DNA of 64,000 nt from Betaproteobacteria bacterium (GCA_005883675.1 VBCM01000097.1:11543-75542); one strand, 5' to 3'. Shown: positions 43,181-53,308, counted from the first letter of the stretch. The notes: generated by a model not told the origin, from the sequence alone. Translations and numbers: made by a program.

Positions 43181-43854
43181 AGCATCGCGCCGAAAACCTT
43201 GCGGATGATGCTGGAGCCGGTGCCGATCGGGTCCTTGCGGATTTTCTTTTCCTCCTCCGCGACCATGAAGTACAGCCCCTCGAGCGCCTTCTGCGTTACG
43301 TATTCGTCGAGGTCGGCGTCTTCTTTCTTCAGCATGCCGACCGCTACGGCCTTGTCGGCGAATAGCTCGTATCTCTGCGCAAGCTGTAGCCGCGCGGTGG
43401 CTTTCTCGACGATCGGCAGGAAACGCTTATGCAACTGATCGCGCGTCGTGCGACGGAAGTAATCGGTGCCGGCCGTATCGCCCCCGGTGATGATGCGCTT
43501 CGCGTCCTGTACGGTCATGTTTTTCACCGATTGGACGAAGAGTACCTTCGCCTCCGGCACCGCCGACTCGGCTGCGCGGTTCATGGTCACGATGAGCTCG
43601 TCGGCGTACTTGCCCATGCCGAGGCGGCGCATGGTGCGCTCGGCCCGCTGCGTCGATTCGGGCAGCGGGATCTTGACCTGCGGATTGCCGAGGAAACCGT
43701 CGACGCGGCCCAGGTTCGCCACGGCGGCGAGGCTACCCTTCTCCAGCGCGGCCTTCAGCGCGGCGGCGGCGTCCTGCCGGGAGATCGCTTCAAGCTGGGC
43801 AGCAGATCCGACGGACCAGCTTATGAGGCATGCCGCGAGAAGCGCGCGCGTCAG
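43177..43854 (-). CDS. DUF4197 domain-containing secreted protein (apparent CTG start)
   Basis: The reading frame stays open upstream of the listed GTG 43722 and encodes a signal peptide, [19 protein letters not shown]. The only start-like codon is CTG 43854, overlapping the lipA stop (CTGA). Confidence 0.7.
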   Translation of the reverse strand: MTRALLAACLISWSVGSAAQLEAISRQDAAAALKAALEKGSLAAVANLGRVDGFLGNPQVKIPLPESTQRAERTMRRLGMGKYADELIVTMNRAAESAVPEAKVLFVQSVKNMTVQDAKRIITGGDTAGTDYFRRTTRDQLHKRFLPIVEKATARLQLAQRYELFADKAVAVGMLKKEDADLDEYVTQKALEGLYFMVAEEEKKIRKDPIGTGSSIIRKVFGAML

Positions 43855-44783
43855 GCGACGCCCGCCTCGTGCGCCTGCTGATCGGCGTGGTAGGAGGAGC
43901 GCACCAGCGGGCCGATCGCCGCATGCCGGAAGCCGAGCTCGGCGGCCTGCGCCTCGAATAGCTGAAACACCGCGGGCTCGACATAGCGCTCCACCGGCAG
44001 GTGGTGCGGCGACGGCTGCAGGTATTGACCGATGGTGAGCATGTCGACGTCGTGCGCGCGCAGGTCGCGCATCACGGCGATGATTTCCTCGTCCGTCTCG
44101 CCGAGCCCGACCATCAGCCCCGACTTGGTCGGCACCGCCGGATGCGCCTGCTTGAAGCGCTGGAGCAGCGCGAGAGAGTGCCGGTAATCGCCGCCCGGGC
44201 GGGCCTGCCTATATAGGCGAGGCACGGTTTCCAGGTTGTGGTTCATGACGTCGGGCGGCGCGGCGGTGAGGATTTCCAGCGCGCGCTCCAGCCGCCCGCG
44301 GAAATCGGGCACCAGTACTTCGATCGTGGTGCGCGGGCTCGCCGCGCGCACGGCGTGGATGCAGTCGACAAAGTGCTGCGCGCCGCCGTCGCGCAGGTCG
44401 TCGCGATCGACGCTCGTGATCACCACATAGTTGAGGCGCAAGGCAGCAATCGTCTCGGCGAGGTGGCGCGGCTCATCCGCGTCGGGCGCGAGCGGCCGGC
44501 CGTGCGCCACGTCGCAGAACGGGCAGCGCCGCGTGCAGATGTCGCCCAGGATCATGAAGGTCGCGGTGCCTTTGCCGAAGCACTCGCCGATGTTCGGACA
44601 GGAGGCTTCCTCGCACACGGTGTGCAACCGCTGGCGCCGCAGGATGTCCTTGATCTCATAGAAGCGCGAATTCGGGCTCGGCGCGCGCACGCGAATCCAC
44701 GCCGGCTTCGCAAGCGGCGCGCCGCGCGGCACGATGCGAATGGTCTTCGCCTGGCCCTTTTCCTTTACGCCGGCTTCACGCAT
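43851..44783 (-). CDS. lipA: lipoyl synthase
   Basis: CEEASCPN and radical-SAM CTRRCPFC. Collinear with LipA. Confidence 0.95.
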   Translation of the reverse strand: MREAGVKEKGQAKTIRIVPRGAPLAKPAWIRVRAPSPNSRFYEIKDILRRQRLHTVCEEASCPNIGECFGKGTATFMILGDICTRRCPFCDVAHGRPLAPDADEPRHLAETIAALRLNYVVITSVDRDDLRDGGAQHFVDCIHAVRAASPRTTIEVLVPDFRGRLERALEILTAAPPDVMNHNLETVPRLYRQARPGGDYRHSLALLQRFKQAHPAVPTKSGLMVGLGETDEEIIAVMRDLRAHDVDMLTIGQYLQPSPHHLPVERYVEPAVFQLFEAQAAELGFRHAAIGPLVRSSYHADQQAHEAGVA

Positions 44784-45326
44784 GCTCGAGAGCGTCGATC
44801 AGGAGGCCTGCGAGCCGCTCGCCGACTTCGGCGGGCGTTCCGGGCATGCCGAGGTCGCGGGTTTGCGTGACGGCGAGGCCGGGATAGCCGCAGGGGTCGT
44901 GCCCCGCATTACCCGTATGCCGAGCGCCGCCACCTTGGCCCCCTCCACATAGACTCCCGGCGCGCCGGGCCGGCGCGCGGCACGGCCGCCGATGAGGTCG
45001 ATCACCACCTGCTCGAGCAGGCGCACGAACTCGCGCACCTTGATGCCGCGGCGGCCGAGATCGACGAGCGTGTAGAGCACCACCTGGCCCGGACCGTGGT
45101 AGGTGATTTCGCCGCCGCGGTCGGCCGCGATCACCGGGATGCGATTCGCGACGCGCACCGGCGCGGCGCCTTGGCCCAGCGTGTAGACCGGTGGATGCTC
45201 GAGCAGCCACAGCTCATCGGCCGTCGCCTCATCGCGGCTGCGAGTGAAACCGCGCATCGCTTCGAGCGTCCGCAGATAGTCGACGCGCCCCAGGCGCCGC
45301 ACGACGATGTCGTCGACGACGGTCAC
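44776..45326 (-). pseudogene. lipB: octanoyltransferase LipB, internal loss plus frame change near 44901
   Basis: N-terminal part is in ORF 44799..45326 (DRGGEITYHGPGQ...AALGIRVMRG). C-terminus PCGYPGLAVTQTRDLG... is in ORF 44776..45210. The 551-nt span is not a multiple of 3. Confidence 0.85.
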
Positions 45327-45595
45327 AGGACCATCACCACGGCGGGGTGGTCGCAGAGCTCCTGGTAGAGCGCGTCGAGCTGCTCCCGCGAAGTCGCGCG
45401 CACCACGCAGGTCACGCTGAGATAGCGGCCCTGCCGGCTCGGCCGCATGCCAACGGAGGCAACATCGAAGTCAGGGGCGTGCTTGAGCACGATGTCGGTG
45501 ACTGCCTGCGCGAAGCCGGGCTGCTTGCGTCCCATCACCTTGATCGGAAAGTCGCAGGGAAATGCCAGCGGCGAAGGATCGGGAACCACGGGCAT
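45323..45595 (-). CDS. ybeD: YbeD/DUF493 family protein
   Basis: 90 aa with FPCDFPIKVMG. Conserved position upstream of lipB. Confidence 0.85.
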   Translation of the reverse strand: MPVVPDPSPLAFPCDFPIKVMGRKQPGFAQAVTDIVLKHAPDFDVASVGMRPSRQGRYLSVTCVVRATSREQLDALYQELCDHPAVVMVL

Positions 45596-45607
45596 CGGCG
45601 GAACACC

Positions 45608-46442
45608 CTATGCGGAAACGCGCTCCCGGCGCCCGGCGCGCATCACCTGCTGCTTGAAATCCTGATACAGGCGGTACATGCGCCGGAAGACGGGCCCGGG
45701 CCGGGCGTCGCCGACCGGCCGGCCGTCGAGCTGCACGATGGCGAGCACCTCTTTCGACGAGGAGCTGACCCAGAGCTCATCGGCGCCGCGCACCTCGGCT
45801 TGCGTGATTTCGCGAAACTCGAGCGGCAGGGCATGGGCGCGCGCCAGCTCGACGATCACATCGTAGGTAATGCCCGGCAGGATGAGCTCGTTTTTCGGCG
45901 GTGACTGGATCACGCCGCCCTTGACGATGAACACATTGGAGGCCGAGGCCTCGGTGAGCTTGCCATCGCGAAAGAGGATCGTTTCCACTGCGTCCGCTTC
46001 AGCCGAGAGCTGCCGCAAGAGCACGTTGCCGATAAGCGAGATGGATTTGATGTCGCAACGCAGCCAGCGGTTGTCGTGCGCCGTAATAGCCGCGGCGCCG
46101 CTCTCCACCTGCGCGCTTGGCGGCGGCACGAGCGGATTGGACATTATGAACACCGTGGGCTCGGCGTGCTTCGGGAAGGCGTGGTCGCGCTTCGCTACGC
46201 CGCGCGTCACCTGGAAGTACACCGCCTGGTCCTCGGGTGTATGGATTGCGGATGCCGACGGCGGCGAGGCTGCGCTCGAGGCGTGCGAGGTGCTCCTCCA
46301 GCCGGAAGGGCACCTTCGAATACACTGGCACGACCTCGTAGACACCGTCGCCGAAAATGAAGCCGCGGTCGAGGACCGGGACCTTTGCCTCCGAGAGGGG
46401 CAGGAATGCCCCGTTCAGAAAAACGGTTGCTACTTGATCCAC
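45608..46442 (-). pseudogene. dat: D-amino-acid (class IV) aminotransferase, internal loss plus frame change near 46235
   Basis: N-terminal part is in ORF 45999..46442 (DRGFIFGDGVYEV...GIRNPYT). The rest is in ORF 45608..46345 (EDQAVYFQVTRGVAKRDHAFP...). The 835-nt span is not a multiple of 3. Confidence 0.8.
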
Positions 46443-47566
46443 AACCTGAGTGTATCCCAGGCACGGCCGATGAGGCCCGCGGGACCGACGGCCTCGAGCG
46501 CCACGAGCGGATACTCGGCAACGGGCTTTCCCTCGAGCGACACACGTAGCGTCCCGACCCGCTCGCCCTGCGCCACCGGCGCGAGCAGCGGCTGCTGCGA
46601 GACCGTGTCGGCCTTCAGCTTGCCCGCCTCACCCTTGGGCACGGTAACGTAAACGTCAGCCGTCGCGCCCGCCTTGAGCGTACGCGATGCCCCCTTCCAC
46701 ACGTCCAGCGTGCGCACGACCTCGCCTTTGCCGAAGAGCTTCACCGCGTCGTAGAACTGGTAGCCCCAGTTAAGGAGCTTCAGCGACTCCTGCGCCCGCG
46801 TCGCCTCCGAGGTCGAGCCGAGCAGCACGGAAAGCAGGCGCCGCGGCCCGCGCTTTGCCGAGGCGATCAGACAGAAGCCTGCCGCTTCGGTATGGCCGGT
46901 CTTCACGCCGTCGGCCGTCGGGTCGAGCCACAGCAGACGATTGCGGTTGGGCTGCGTGATGTTGTTGTACCGGTATTCCTTGATCGCGTAGTAGCGCGCA
47001 TAGTCGTCCGGAAAATCCCGGATCAGCGCTGCGGCGAGCGTATAGAGATCGCGCGCCGTGCTGTAGTGCTGGGCGTCGGGCAATCCGGTGGCGTTGACGA
47101 AACGCGTGTTCTTCATCCCGAGACGCTGCGCCTCACGGTTCATCAGCTGCACGAACACGTCCTCCGAGCCGGCGACCGCCTCGGCGAGCGCAATGCAGGC
47201 ATCGTTGCCCGACTGTATTTCCATGCCCTTGATGAGCTCCTCCACCGTGACCGGGCGGCGCGGCTCGATGAACATGCGCGAGCCCGGCGCGCGCCAGGCG
47301 CGCACCGACACCGGCACCTGCTGCTCGAGCGTGAGCTTCTTGTCGCGCAGCGCCGCGAACACGAGATAGGCCGTCATCAGCTTGGTGAGCGAGGCCGGCT
47401 CGAAGCGCTCATCCGCGCCCTGCGCGACGAGCACCTGGCCGCTCGTCAGGTCGCCGACGATCCACGCCTTGCCCATGACGCTCGGCGTCGGCGGCGCCGC
47501 GGCATGGGCTTGAGCGCTGATGAAGAGAGCAAGCAAGAAAATGAAGCGGACCATCAGCATCGTCAA
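46430..47566 (-). CDS. D-alanyl-D-alanine carboxypeptidase (PBP5/6 class)
   Basis: Signal peptide. SLTK (SxxK), SGND (SxN) and KTGHT. The start could instead be ATG 47560. Confidence 0.9.
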   Translation of the reverse strand: MTMLMVRFIFLLALFISAQAHAAAPPTPSVMGKAWIVGDLTSGQVLVAQGADERFEPASLTKLMTAYLVFAALRDKKLTLEQQVPVSVRAWRAPGSRMFIEPRRPVTVEELIKGMEIQSGNDACIALAEAVAGSEDVFVQLMNREAQRLGMKNTRFVNATGLPDAQHYSTARDLYTLAAALIRDFPDDYARYYAIKEYRYNNITQPNRNRLLWLDPTADGVKTGHTEAAGFCLIASAKRGPRRLLSVLLGSTSEATRAQESLKLLNWGYQFYDAVKLFGKGEVVRTLDVWKGASRTLKAGATADVYVTVPKGEAGKLKADTVSQQPLLAPVAQGERVGTLRVSLEGKPVAEYPLVALEAVGPAGLIGRAWDTLRLWIK

Positions 47567-47582
47567 TCCGAAAAGGCGCGGA

Positions 47583-48113
47583 TTATAAGCGCTCGCGCGC
47601 GCCCGGCACGATCGCCTCGATCTCGACTTCGCCGCTGCCCGTGCCGATGAGCCCGAGCCGATAAGCGGCGGCGTACGAAAGATCGATCACGCGATTGGCG
47701 TGGAACGGCCCGCGATCGTTGATGCGTACGACCACCTGCTGGCCGGTGCGCAAGCTCGTGATGCGCGCATAGCTCGGGATCGGCAGCGTCGGATGCGCGG
47801 CGCTCATGGCGTACATGTCGTAGCTCTCGCCGCTCGCCGTCTTCTGCCCGTGGAAGCGCTTGCCGTACCAGCTCGCCATGCCGCGCTGGTGAAACGGCTG
47901 CACCGATGCGAGCGGCACGTACTTCTTGCCGAACACCTCGTAGGGCCGGTTGGCAAAGCGGTGCAGCGGTTCCGTGCGTGGCCTGGCGTCGGGAACGGAG
48001 GCGAGGTTCGACGGCGCATTGGCCCCGGGGCCGTCGTCCTTGTAGTAGCCGCCCTTCTTCGACGAGCTGCAGGCGGCGAGTGCGATCGCCAGGGCGGCGG
48101 CGAGCCGCCTCAT
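47583..48113 (-). CDS. rlpA: septal ring lytic transglycosylase RlpA (lipoprotein, no SPOR domain)
   Basis: ATG 48113 inside ORF 47583..48854. Lipobox LAAC. GMASWYG...HPTLP...V.V.NDRGPF (DPBB fold). Confidence 0.85.
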   Translation of the reverse strand: MRRLAAALAIALAACSSSKKGGYYKDDGPGANAPSNLASVPDARPRTEPLHRFANRPYEVFGKKYVPLASVQPFHQRGMASWYGKRFHGQKTASGESYDMYAMSAAHPTLPIPSYARITSLRTGQQVVVRINDRGPFHANRVIDLSYAAAYRLGLIGTGSGEVEIEAIVPGARERL

Positions 48114-49369
48114 GCCTCGTACACGACGTTGCCGGCGACCAGCGTGTAGCGCACGCGCCCGGCGAGCTCGTGGCCGGCAAAGGGCGTGTGCTTGCCCTGG
48201 CTCTTCAGCATTTCGGGCACGACGCGCAGCGGCGCCTTGGGATCGAAGATCGCCACGTCGGCGGGCGCGCCCGCCGCAAGGCGCCCCGAGCTGACGCCGA
48301 GCACCTGCGCCGCATTGCAGGTGATGCGCGCGAGCGTCTTGGCGAGCGGCAGCTTGCGCGCTTCGCCCCATTTGAGCGTGAGCGGCAGGAGCAACTCGAG
48401 CCCTGTCGCCCCCGGCTCGGCTTCGGCGAACGGCAGATGCTTGCCGTCGTCGTCGATCGGCGTGTGGTCCGAGCACGCACAGTCGATGATCTGCTCTTCC
48501 AGTCCGCGGGCGAGCGCGTCGCGGTCGCGCGCGCTGCGCAGCGGCGGCTCGAGGCGGCAGTTCGAGTCGAAGTAGCCGAGATCCATGTCGCAGAGATGCA
48601 GGTGATGAATCGCCACGTCGCAGCTCACGGGCAGGCCCTCGCGCCTGGCGGCGCGCATCAGCTCTACTGCGCCCGCCGTGGAGAGCCGGCAAAAGTGCAC
48701 GCGCGCACCGGTGGCGCGCACGAGCTCGAGCATTGTCGCGAGCGCGATGGTCTCGGCGAAGGGCGGGATGCCGGGAAGGCCGAGCCGCGTGGCGAGCTCG
48801 CCCTCGTGCGCGACGCCGTCCTTCGCGAGCCACGCGTCCTGCGGCCGCAGCCACACGGGGAAGCCGAAAGTGGCGGCGTACTGCAGCGCGCGCCAGAGGA
48901 CCTGCGTATTGGCAAGCGGCGCGTTCGCCTGCGAGAACGCGACGCAGCCCGCCTCGGCGAGCTGCGCCATCTCGGTGAGCCGCTCGCCTTCGAGCTTCAC
49001 GGTGAGCGCGCCGAGCGGGTAGACACGTGCGCGCGAGAGGGCCTTGGCGCGCCGGCGCAGCATGTCGACGAGTCCCGGCTCATCGAGCGGCGGGTCGGTG
49101 TCGGGCGGACAGGCGAGGCTCGTCACGCCGCCCGCAAGCGCCGCTTCCAGCTCCGATTCGAGCGTCGCCTTGTATTCGAATCCCGGCTCGCGCAGCCGCG
49201 CCGAGAGGTCGATGAAGCCGGGTGCGGCGACGAGCCCCTTGGCGTCGATCACCCGATCGGGCCGCGCATGCTCTTCGCTGATCTTGCCGTCGGCGACATG
49301 AAGATCGCCCACGCCGTCGCGGCCGCTCGCCGGATCGATGATGCGCGCATTCTTGATCGCGAGCCGCAT
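48110..49369 (-). CDS. dihydroorotase-like protein, probably the non-catalytic PyrC-prime partner of ATCase
   Basis: 419 aa. The usual D.H.H zinc motif reads DLSAR (49196..49210). Directly downstream of pyrB. Confidence 0.85.
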   Translation of the reverse strand: MRLAIKNARIIDPASGRDGVGDLHVADGKISEEHARPDRVIDAKGLVAAPGFIDLSARLREPGFEYKATLESELEAALAGGVTSLACPPDTDPPLDEPGLVDMLRRRAKALSRARVYPLGALTVKLEGERLTEMAQLAEAGCVAFSQANAPLANTQVLWRALQYAATFGFPVWLRPQDAWLAKDGVAHEGELATRLGLPGIPPFAETIALATMLELVRATGARVHFCRLSTAGAVELMRAARREGLPVSCDVAIHHLHLCDMDLGYFDSNCRLEPPLRSARDRDALARGLEEQIIDCACSDHTPIDDDGKHLPFAEAEPGATGLELLLPLTLKWGEARKLPLAKTLARITCNAAQVLGVSSGRLAAGAPADVAIFDPKAPLRVVPEMLKSQGKHTPFAGHELAGRVRYTLVAGNVVYEA

Positions 49370-49371
49370 GC

Positions 49372-50319
49372 CTAGCCCGCCACGATGCTCATGACGGCCA
49401 TGCGCACCGCGATGCCGAAGGTCACCTGCGGCAGGATCACCGAGTGGGGGCCGTCGGCGACCGAGGAGTCGATCTCGACGCCGCGGTTCATCGGCCCCGG
49501 GTGCATGACGATGGCATCCTCGCGCGCGAGAGCGAGCTTTTCGGCCGTGAGGCCGTAGTTCTTGAAGTATTCCTGCGCGGAGGGCAGCATGGCGCCTTTC
49601 ATGCGCTCGTTCTGCAGCCGCAGCATCACCACCACGTCGCAGTCGCGCAGCCCGGCGCGCATGTCGTGGAACACCTTGACGCCGAGCGCTTCGACTCCGC
49701 TCGGCAGCAGCGTCTGCGGGGCGATCACCCTCACTTGCGGCGCACCCAGGGTGGTGAGCCCTTGGATCAGCGAGCGCGCGACGCGCGAATGCAGCACGTC
49801 GCCGATGATCGCCACCGTGAGGCGCGAAAAATCCTTCTTGTAGTGGCGGATGGTGTAGAGGTCGAGCAGGCCCTGGGTGGGATGTGCATGCCGCCCGTCG
49901 CCGGCGTTCACCACGTGCTCGTGCGGCTTCACGTGCCGCGCGATGAGGAACGGTGCACCGGAGGACGCATGGCGCACGACAAAGATGTCGGCCTGCATGG
50001 CCGAGAGATTCGCCACCGTGTCTAGGAGCGACTCGCCTTTGGTCTGGGACGAGAGCGCGATATTGAGATTGATGACATCGGCCGAGAGCCGCTTCGCCGC
50101 GATCTCGAAGGTGGTGCGCGTGCGGGTGGAAGGTTCGAAAAACAGGTTGAAGACGCTCTTGCCGCGCAGCAGCGGCACTTTCTTCACTTCCCGCTCGGTG
50201 ACGCCGACGAACGATTCGGCGGTATCGAGGATCTGGCCCAGGATTTCGCGCGGCAGGCCCTCGATGGAGAGCAGATGCTGCAGCTCGCCCTGGGCGTTGA
50301 GCTGCGGGTTACGCTGCAC
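49372..50319 (-). CDS. pyrB: aspartate carbamoyltransferase catalytic subunit
   Basis: STRTR, HPTQ and HPGP motifs. 315 aa. Confidence 0.95.
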   Translation of the reverse strand: MQRNPQLNAQGELQHLLSIEGLPREILGQILDTAESFVGVTEREVKKVPLLRGKSVFNLFFEPSTRTRTTFEIAAKRLSADVINLNIALSSQTKGESLLDTVANLSAMQADIFVVRHASSGAPFLIARHVKPHEHVVNAGDGRHAHPTQGLLDLYTIRHYKKDFSRLTVAIIGDVLHSRVARSLIQGLTTLGAPQVRVIAPQTLLPSGVEALGVKVFHDMRAGLRDCDVVVMLRLQNERMKGAMLPSAQEYFKNYGLTAEKLALAREDAIVMHPGPMNRGVEIDSSVADGPHSVILPQVTFGIAVRMAVMSIVAG

Positions 50320-50812
50320 GGCTTGGCTCCAGCGCGAGCGCGAGCTTGCCGTTCGCTTCGCGCTTGAGGCGAAGGCGCATGCCCGAGGGCACGTCGAGGC
50401 GCGCGCCGCAGTACTGGGCGCAGATCGGCAGCTCGCGGCCGCCGCGATCGGCGAGCACCACGAGCGCGATGCTCGCCGGCCGCCCGTAATCGAAGAGCTC
50501 GTTCATGGCGGCGCGCACCGTGCGGCCGGTGTAGAGCACATCGTCGACGAGCAGCAGCTCGCGCCCGTTGACGTCGAACGCAATCTTGGTGCGCTTCGGA
50601 TCGTGGTGCAGCCCCTGGGCGTGATAGTCGTCGCGGTAGAAGGCGATGTCCATCAGGCCGAGCGGCGTCGCAAGGCCAAGGAGCGCGTGCAGCCGCTCGG
50701 CGAGCCAGGCCCCGCCGGTATAGAGGCCGATCATCGCCGAGCTCGGCGTAAGACGCGGGCGCAGCTCAGCGGCGAGCTGCTCGCAGAGCTGCTCGGCGTC
50801 AGGCAGCTTCAT
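50309..50812 (-). CDS. pyrR: bifunctional pyr operon regulator / uracil phosphoribosyltransferase PyrR
   Basis: 167 aa with PRPP motif [13 protein letters not shown]. Confidence 0.9.
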   Translation of the reverse strand: MKLPDAEQLCEQLAAELRPRLTPSSAMIGLYTGGAWLAERLHALLGLATPLGLMDIAFYRDDYHAQGLHHDPKRTKIAFDVNGRELLLVDDVLYTGRTVRAAMNELFDYGRPASIALVVLADRGGRELPICAQYCGARLDVPSGMRLRLKREANGKLALALEPSRAA

Positions 50813-51194
50813 GGAAGTATTGCTCGAGCAGAAGCTGTGCGGCGACGGCGTCGACGCGCTTTCGCTTCACGCCGCGCAGCCGGCTCTGCGCCTCCACCGA
50901 GCTGAAGCGCTCGTCGACCCGGGCCACGGGCAGGTGAAAGCGGCCTTCGAGCTGCCGCGCGAAGCGCTCGACGCGCTTTGCCAGCGGATGCTCGCCATTG
51001 GCGGCGAGCGGCAGGCCGACGACAAGCTGCGACGGTCGCCACTCGGTGATCAGCTTGGAAATGGCGTCGAAGCCCGGAGCGCTGATCGTGGCGAGCGGAT
51101 GCGCTGTGCCGAGCTCGGGCTCGCCGACCGCTACCCCAATGCGCTTTAAACCGAAATCGAAGGCGAGGACGGTGGCGCCGCGGTCCTCAGGCAT
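50799..51194 (-). CDS. ruvX: Holliday junction resolvase-like protein RuvX/YqgF
   Basis: ATG 51194 inside ORF 50799..51698 ([15 protein letters not shown]...VDERFSS). Confidence 0.85.
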   Translation of the reverse strand: MPEDRGATVLAFDFGLKRIGVAVGEPELGTAHPLATISAPGFDAISKLITEWRPSQLVVGLPLAANGEHPLAKRVERFARQLEGRFHLPVARVDERFSSVEAQSRLRGVKRKRVDAVAAQLLLEQYFHEAA

Positions 51195-51698
51195 GTCCCG
51201 CTTCGTCCTGCAGCCTCGCGTAGTCGAGACCGAGAAGCTCCATCGCCTTGGACAGGCGCTCCTCTGCCGGGACGAGAGCTCCTGCTCGAGTTGCCCGGGC
51301 GACCAGCCGGCGTAGCCGAGCGTGACGAGCATGCGCTTGGGGCCTTGCCCGCGCCCGACGGCTTCCAGGATGTCTTTCGACGTGGTGAGGCCGATCACTT
51401 GGCGTACCGGCAGCGTCGACTGCCAGTTGCCCACCGGCGCGTGCAGCACGAAGCCGCGATCGGTCTGCACCGGGCCGCCGTAGTAGATCGGCGCATCGGA
51501 AAACGCGCTGTCGGAGAGCTGCAGCGAGAGCCGCTCGAAAAGCGACGAGAGCGTCAGGTCGATCGGCCGATTCACCACCAGGCCGAGCGCGCCCTGGTCG
51601 TTGTGCTCGCAGATGTAAGTGAGCGTCCTCGCGAAGTGCGGATCGGCCATGTTCGGCATGGCGATCAGGAAGTGATGCGTCAGGTTGATCGAGGACAT
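51187..51698 (-). pseudogene. yqgE: YqgE/AlgH family protein, internal loss plus frame change near 51273
   Basis: [15 protein letters not shown]...[15 protein letters not shown], then the true C-terminus [27 protein letters not shown] in another frame (TGA 51187). The 512-nt span is not a multiple of 3. Confidence 0.8.
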
Positions 51699-51724
51699 GC
51701 GCCCGTGCGGCGCATTTTACCGCA

Positions 51725-51910
51725 TCAGATCTCCACCATTTCGAAGTCTTCCTTGCGCGCGCCGCATTCCGGGCAGGTCCAGTTCATCGGCACGTCTTCC
51801 CAGCGCGTGCCCGGCGCGAGGCCTTCGTCCGGCAGACCGGCAGCCTCATCGTAGACGAAGCCGCAGATGAGACACATCCACGTCTTGTATGCGACTTGAT
51901 TTTCGGTCAT
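51725..51910 (-). CDS. rubredoxin
   Basis: 61 aa with two CxxCG knuckles (CLICGFVYD and CPECGARK). Confidence 0.9.
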   Translation of the reverse strand: MTENQVAYKTWMCLICGFVYDEAAGLPDEGLAPGTRWEDVPMNWTCPECGARKEDFEMVEI

Positions 51911-51932
51911 AGAAGGGGTCGGATATTAACTC

Positions 51933-52724
51933 ATGTCGATGTCCGCGCCGCCGGCGCCGCCGATGGTCCTTACGTTCGCTGCATCCGATCCCACGGGTGG
52001 CGCGGGCCTGCAGGCGGATCTGCTCACGCTCGCGGCGCTCGGCTGCCATCCGCTCTCGGTCCTGACGGCGCTCACGGCGCAGGACACGAGTGGCATCGCG
52101 CGCATGCTGGCGCTAGAGCCGGCCTGGATCACGGAGCAGGCGCGCCGCGTGCTCGACGACATCGCGGTCGCCGCGTTCAAGGCGGGCGTGCTCGGCTCGG
52201 CGGCCAATGTGCGCGCCGCGAGCGAGATCGTCGCGGCGCATGCCGAGGCTGCATTCGTGGTCGATCCGGTGCTCGCGAGCGGACGCGGCGATCGCCTCGC
52301 CGATGAAGACACGATCGAAGCGCTGTGCGAATCGATTCTGCCGCGCACGACGGTGCTGACGCCAAACAGCATCGAGGCGCGGCGGCTTGCCGGCAAGCGC
52401 GATCTCGCCGCCTGCGGACGGGCGCTCGCCGATCACGGCTGCGAATACGTGCTCATCACCGGTACACACGAAGAGGGCGCCGAGGTAGTGAATACGCTCT
52501 ACGATGAAAGCGGCGTGGTGCGCGAGGACCGCTGGCCGCGACTGCCGCAGAACTACCACGGCTCGGGCTGCACGCTCGCCTCGGCGATTGCCGCGTATCT
52601 CGCGCACGGCCTCGAGCCGGCGCAGGCGGTAGGCGAGGCGCAGCGCTTCACATGGCAGGCGCTCGCGGCTGGTTTCGCCGCGGGCGGCGGGCAGTGGCTC
52701 CCCAATCGCTTCTACGGACGATGA
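51933..52724 (+). CDS. thiD: hydroxymethylpyrimidine/phosphomethylpyrimidine kinase
   Basis: SDPTGGAGLQAD and HGSGCTLASAIAA. Confidence 0.85.
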   Translation: MSMSAPPAPPMVLTFAASDPTGGAGLQADLLTLAALGCHPLSVLTALTAQDTSGIARMLALEPAWITEQARRVLDDIAVAAFKAGVLGSAANVRAASEIVAAHAEAAFVVDPVLASGRGDRLADEDTIEALCESILPRTTVLTPNSIEARRLAGKRDLAACGRALADHGCEYVLITGTHEEGAEVVNTLYDESGVVREDRWPRLPQNYHGSGCTLASAIAAYLAHGLEPAQAVGEAQRFTWQALAAGFAAGGGQWLPNRFYGR

Positions 52725-53308
52725 AGCTGCGCGGGCTCTACGCGATCACTCCGCAGGCGAGCGATCTCGAGCGCAAGGTGCGGCTTGCGCTCGAAGGCGG
52801 CATCGCGCTGCTCCAATACCGAAGTAAGAGCCGCGATCGCGCGCAAGCTGCTGCGGTCGTGCGCATGGCGCGCGACTATGGCGTACCGGTGATCGTCAAC
52901 GACGATGTGGAGCTTGCGCTCGAGCTCGACGCCGCGGGCGCGCACCTTGGGCGCGAGGACGGTGACCTGCGTAGCGCGCGCAGGCGTCTCGCTGGTCGCA
53001 TATTGGGCGCCTCCTGCTATAACCAGCTCGAGCGTGCGCGCGCCGCCGTGCGGGCAGGCGCCGATTACCTCGCTTTCGGCGCCGTATTCGCCTCGCCCAC
53101 CAAGCCCGCGGCGGTGCGCGCGCCGCTCGAGCTCTTTCGCGACGCAAGGCCGCTCGGCGTGCCGCTCGCCGCGATCGGCGGCATCACGCTGGAGAACGCG
53201 CCGCAGCTCATCGCCGCCGGCGCCGATCTCCTCGCCGTGATCTCGGATCTCTTCGACGCGCCAGACATCTGCGCGCGAGCGCGCGCCTATGGCAAGCTCT
53301 TCGCATGA
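52721..53308 (+). CDS. thiE: thiamine-phosphate synthase
   Basis: ATG 52721 overlaps the thiD stop (ATGA). [15 protein letters not shown] and AIGGI. Confidence 0.85.
   Translation: MKLRGLYAITPQASDLERKVRLALEGGIALLQYRSKSRDRAQAAAVVRMARDYGVPVIVNDDVELALELDAAGAHLGREDGDLRSARRRLAGRILGASCYNQLERARAAVRAGADYLAFGAVFASPTKPAAVRAPLELFRDARPLGVPLAAIGGITLENAPQLIAAGADLLAVISDLFDAPDICARARAYGKLFA

Noticed and set aside
51725-51910. Rubredoxin as a hint of an alkane-hydroxylase or novel redox system.
   Set aside because: It is a stand-alone rubredoxin with no reductase or alkB nearby. A rubredoxin at this position next to thiD/hemL is common in related genomes as far as I recall.
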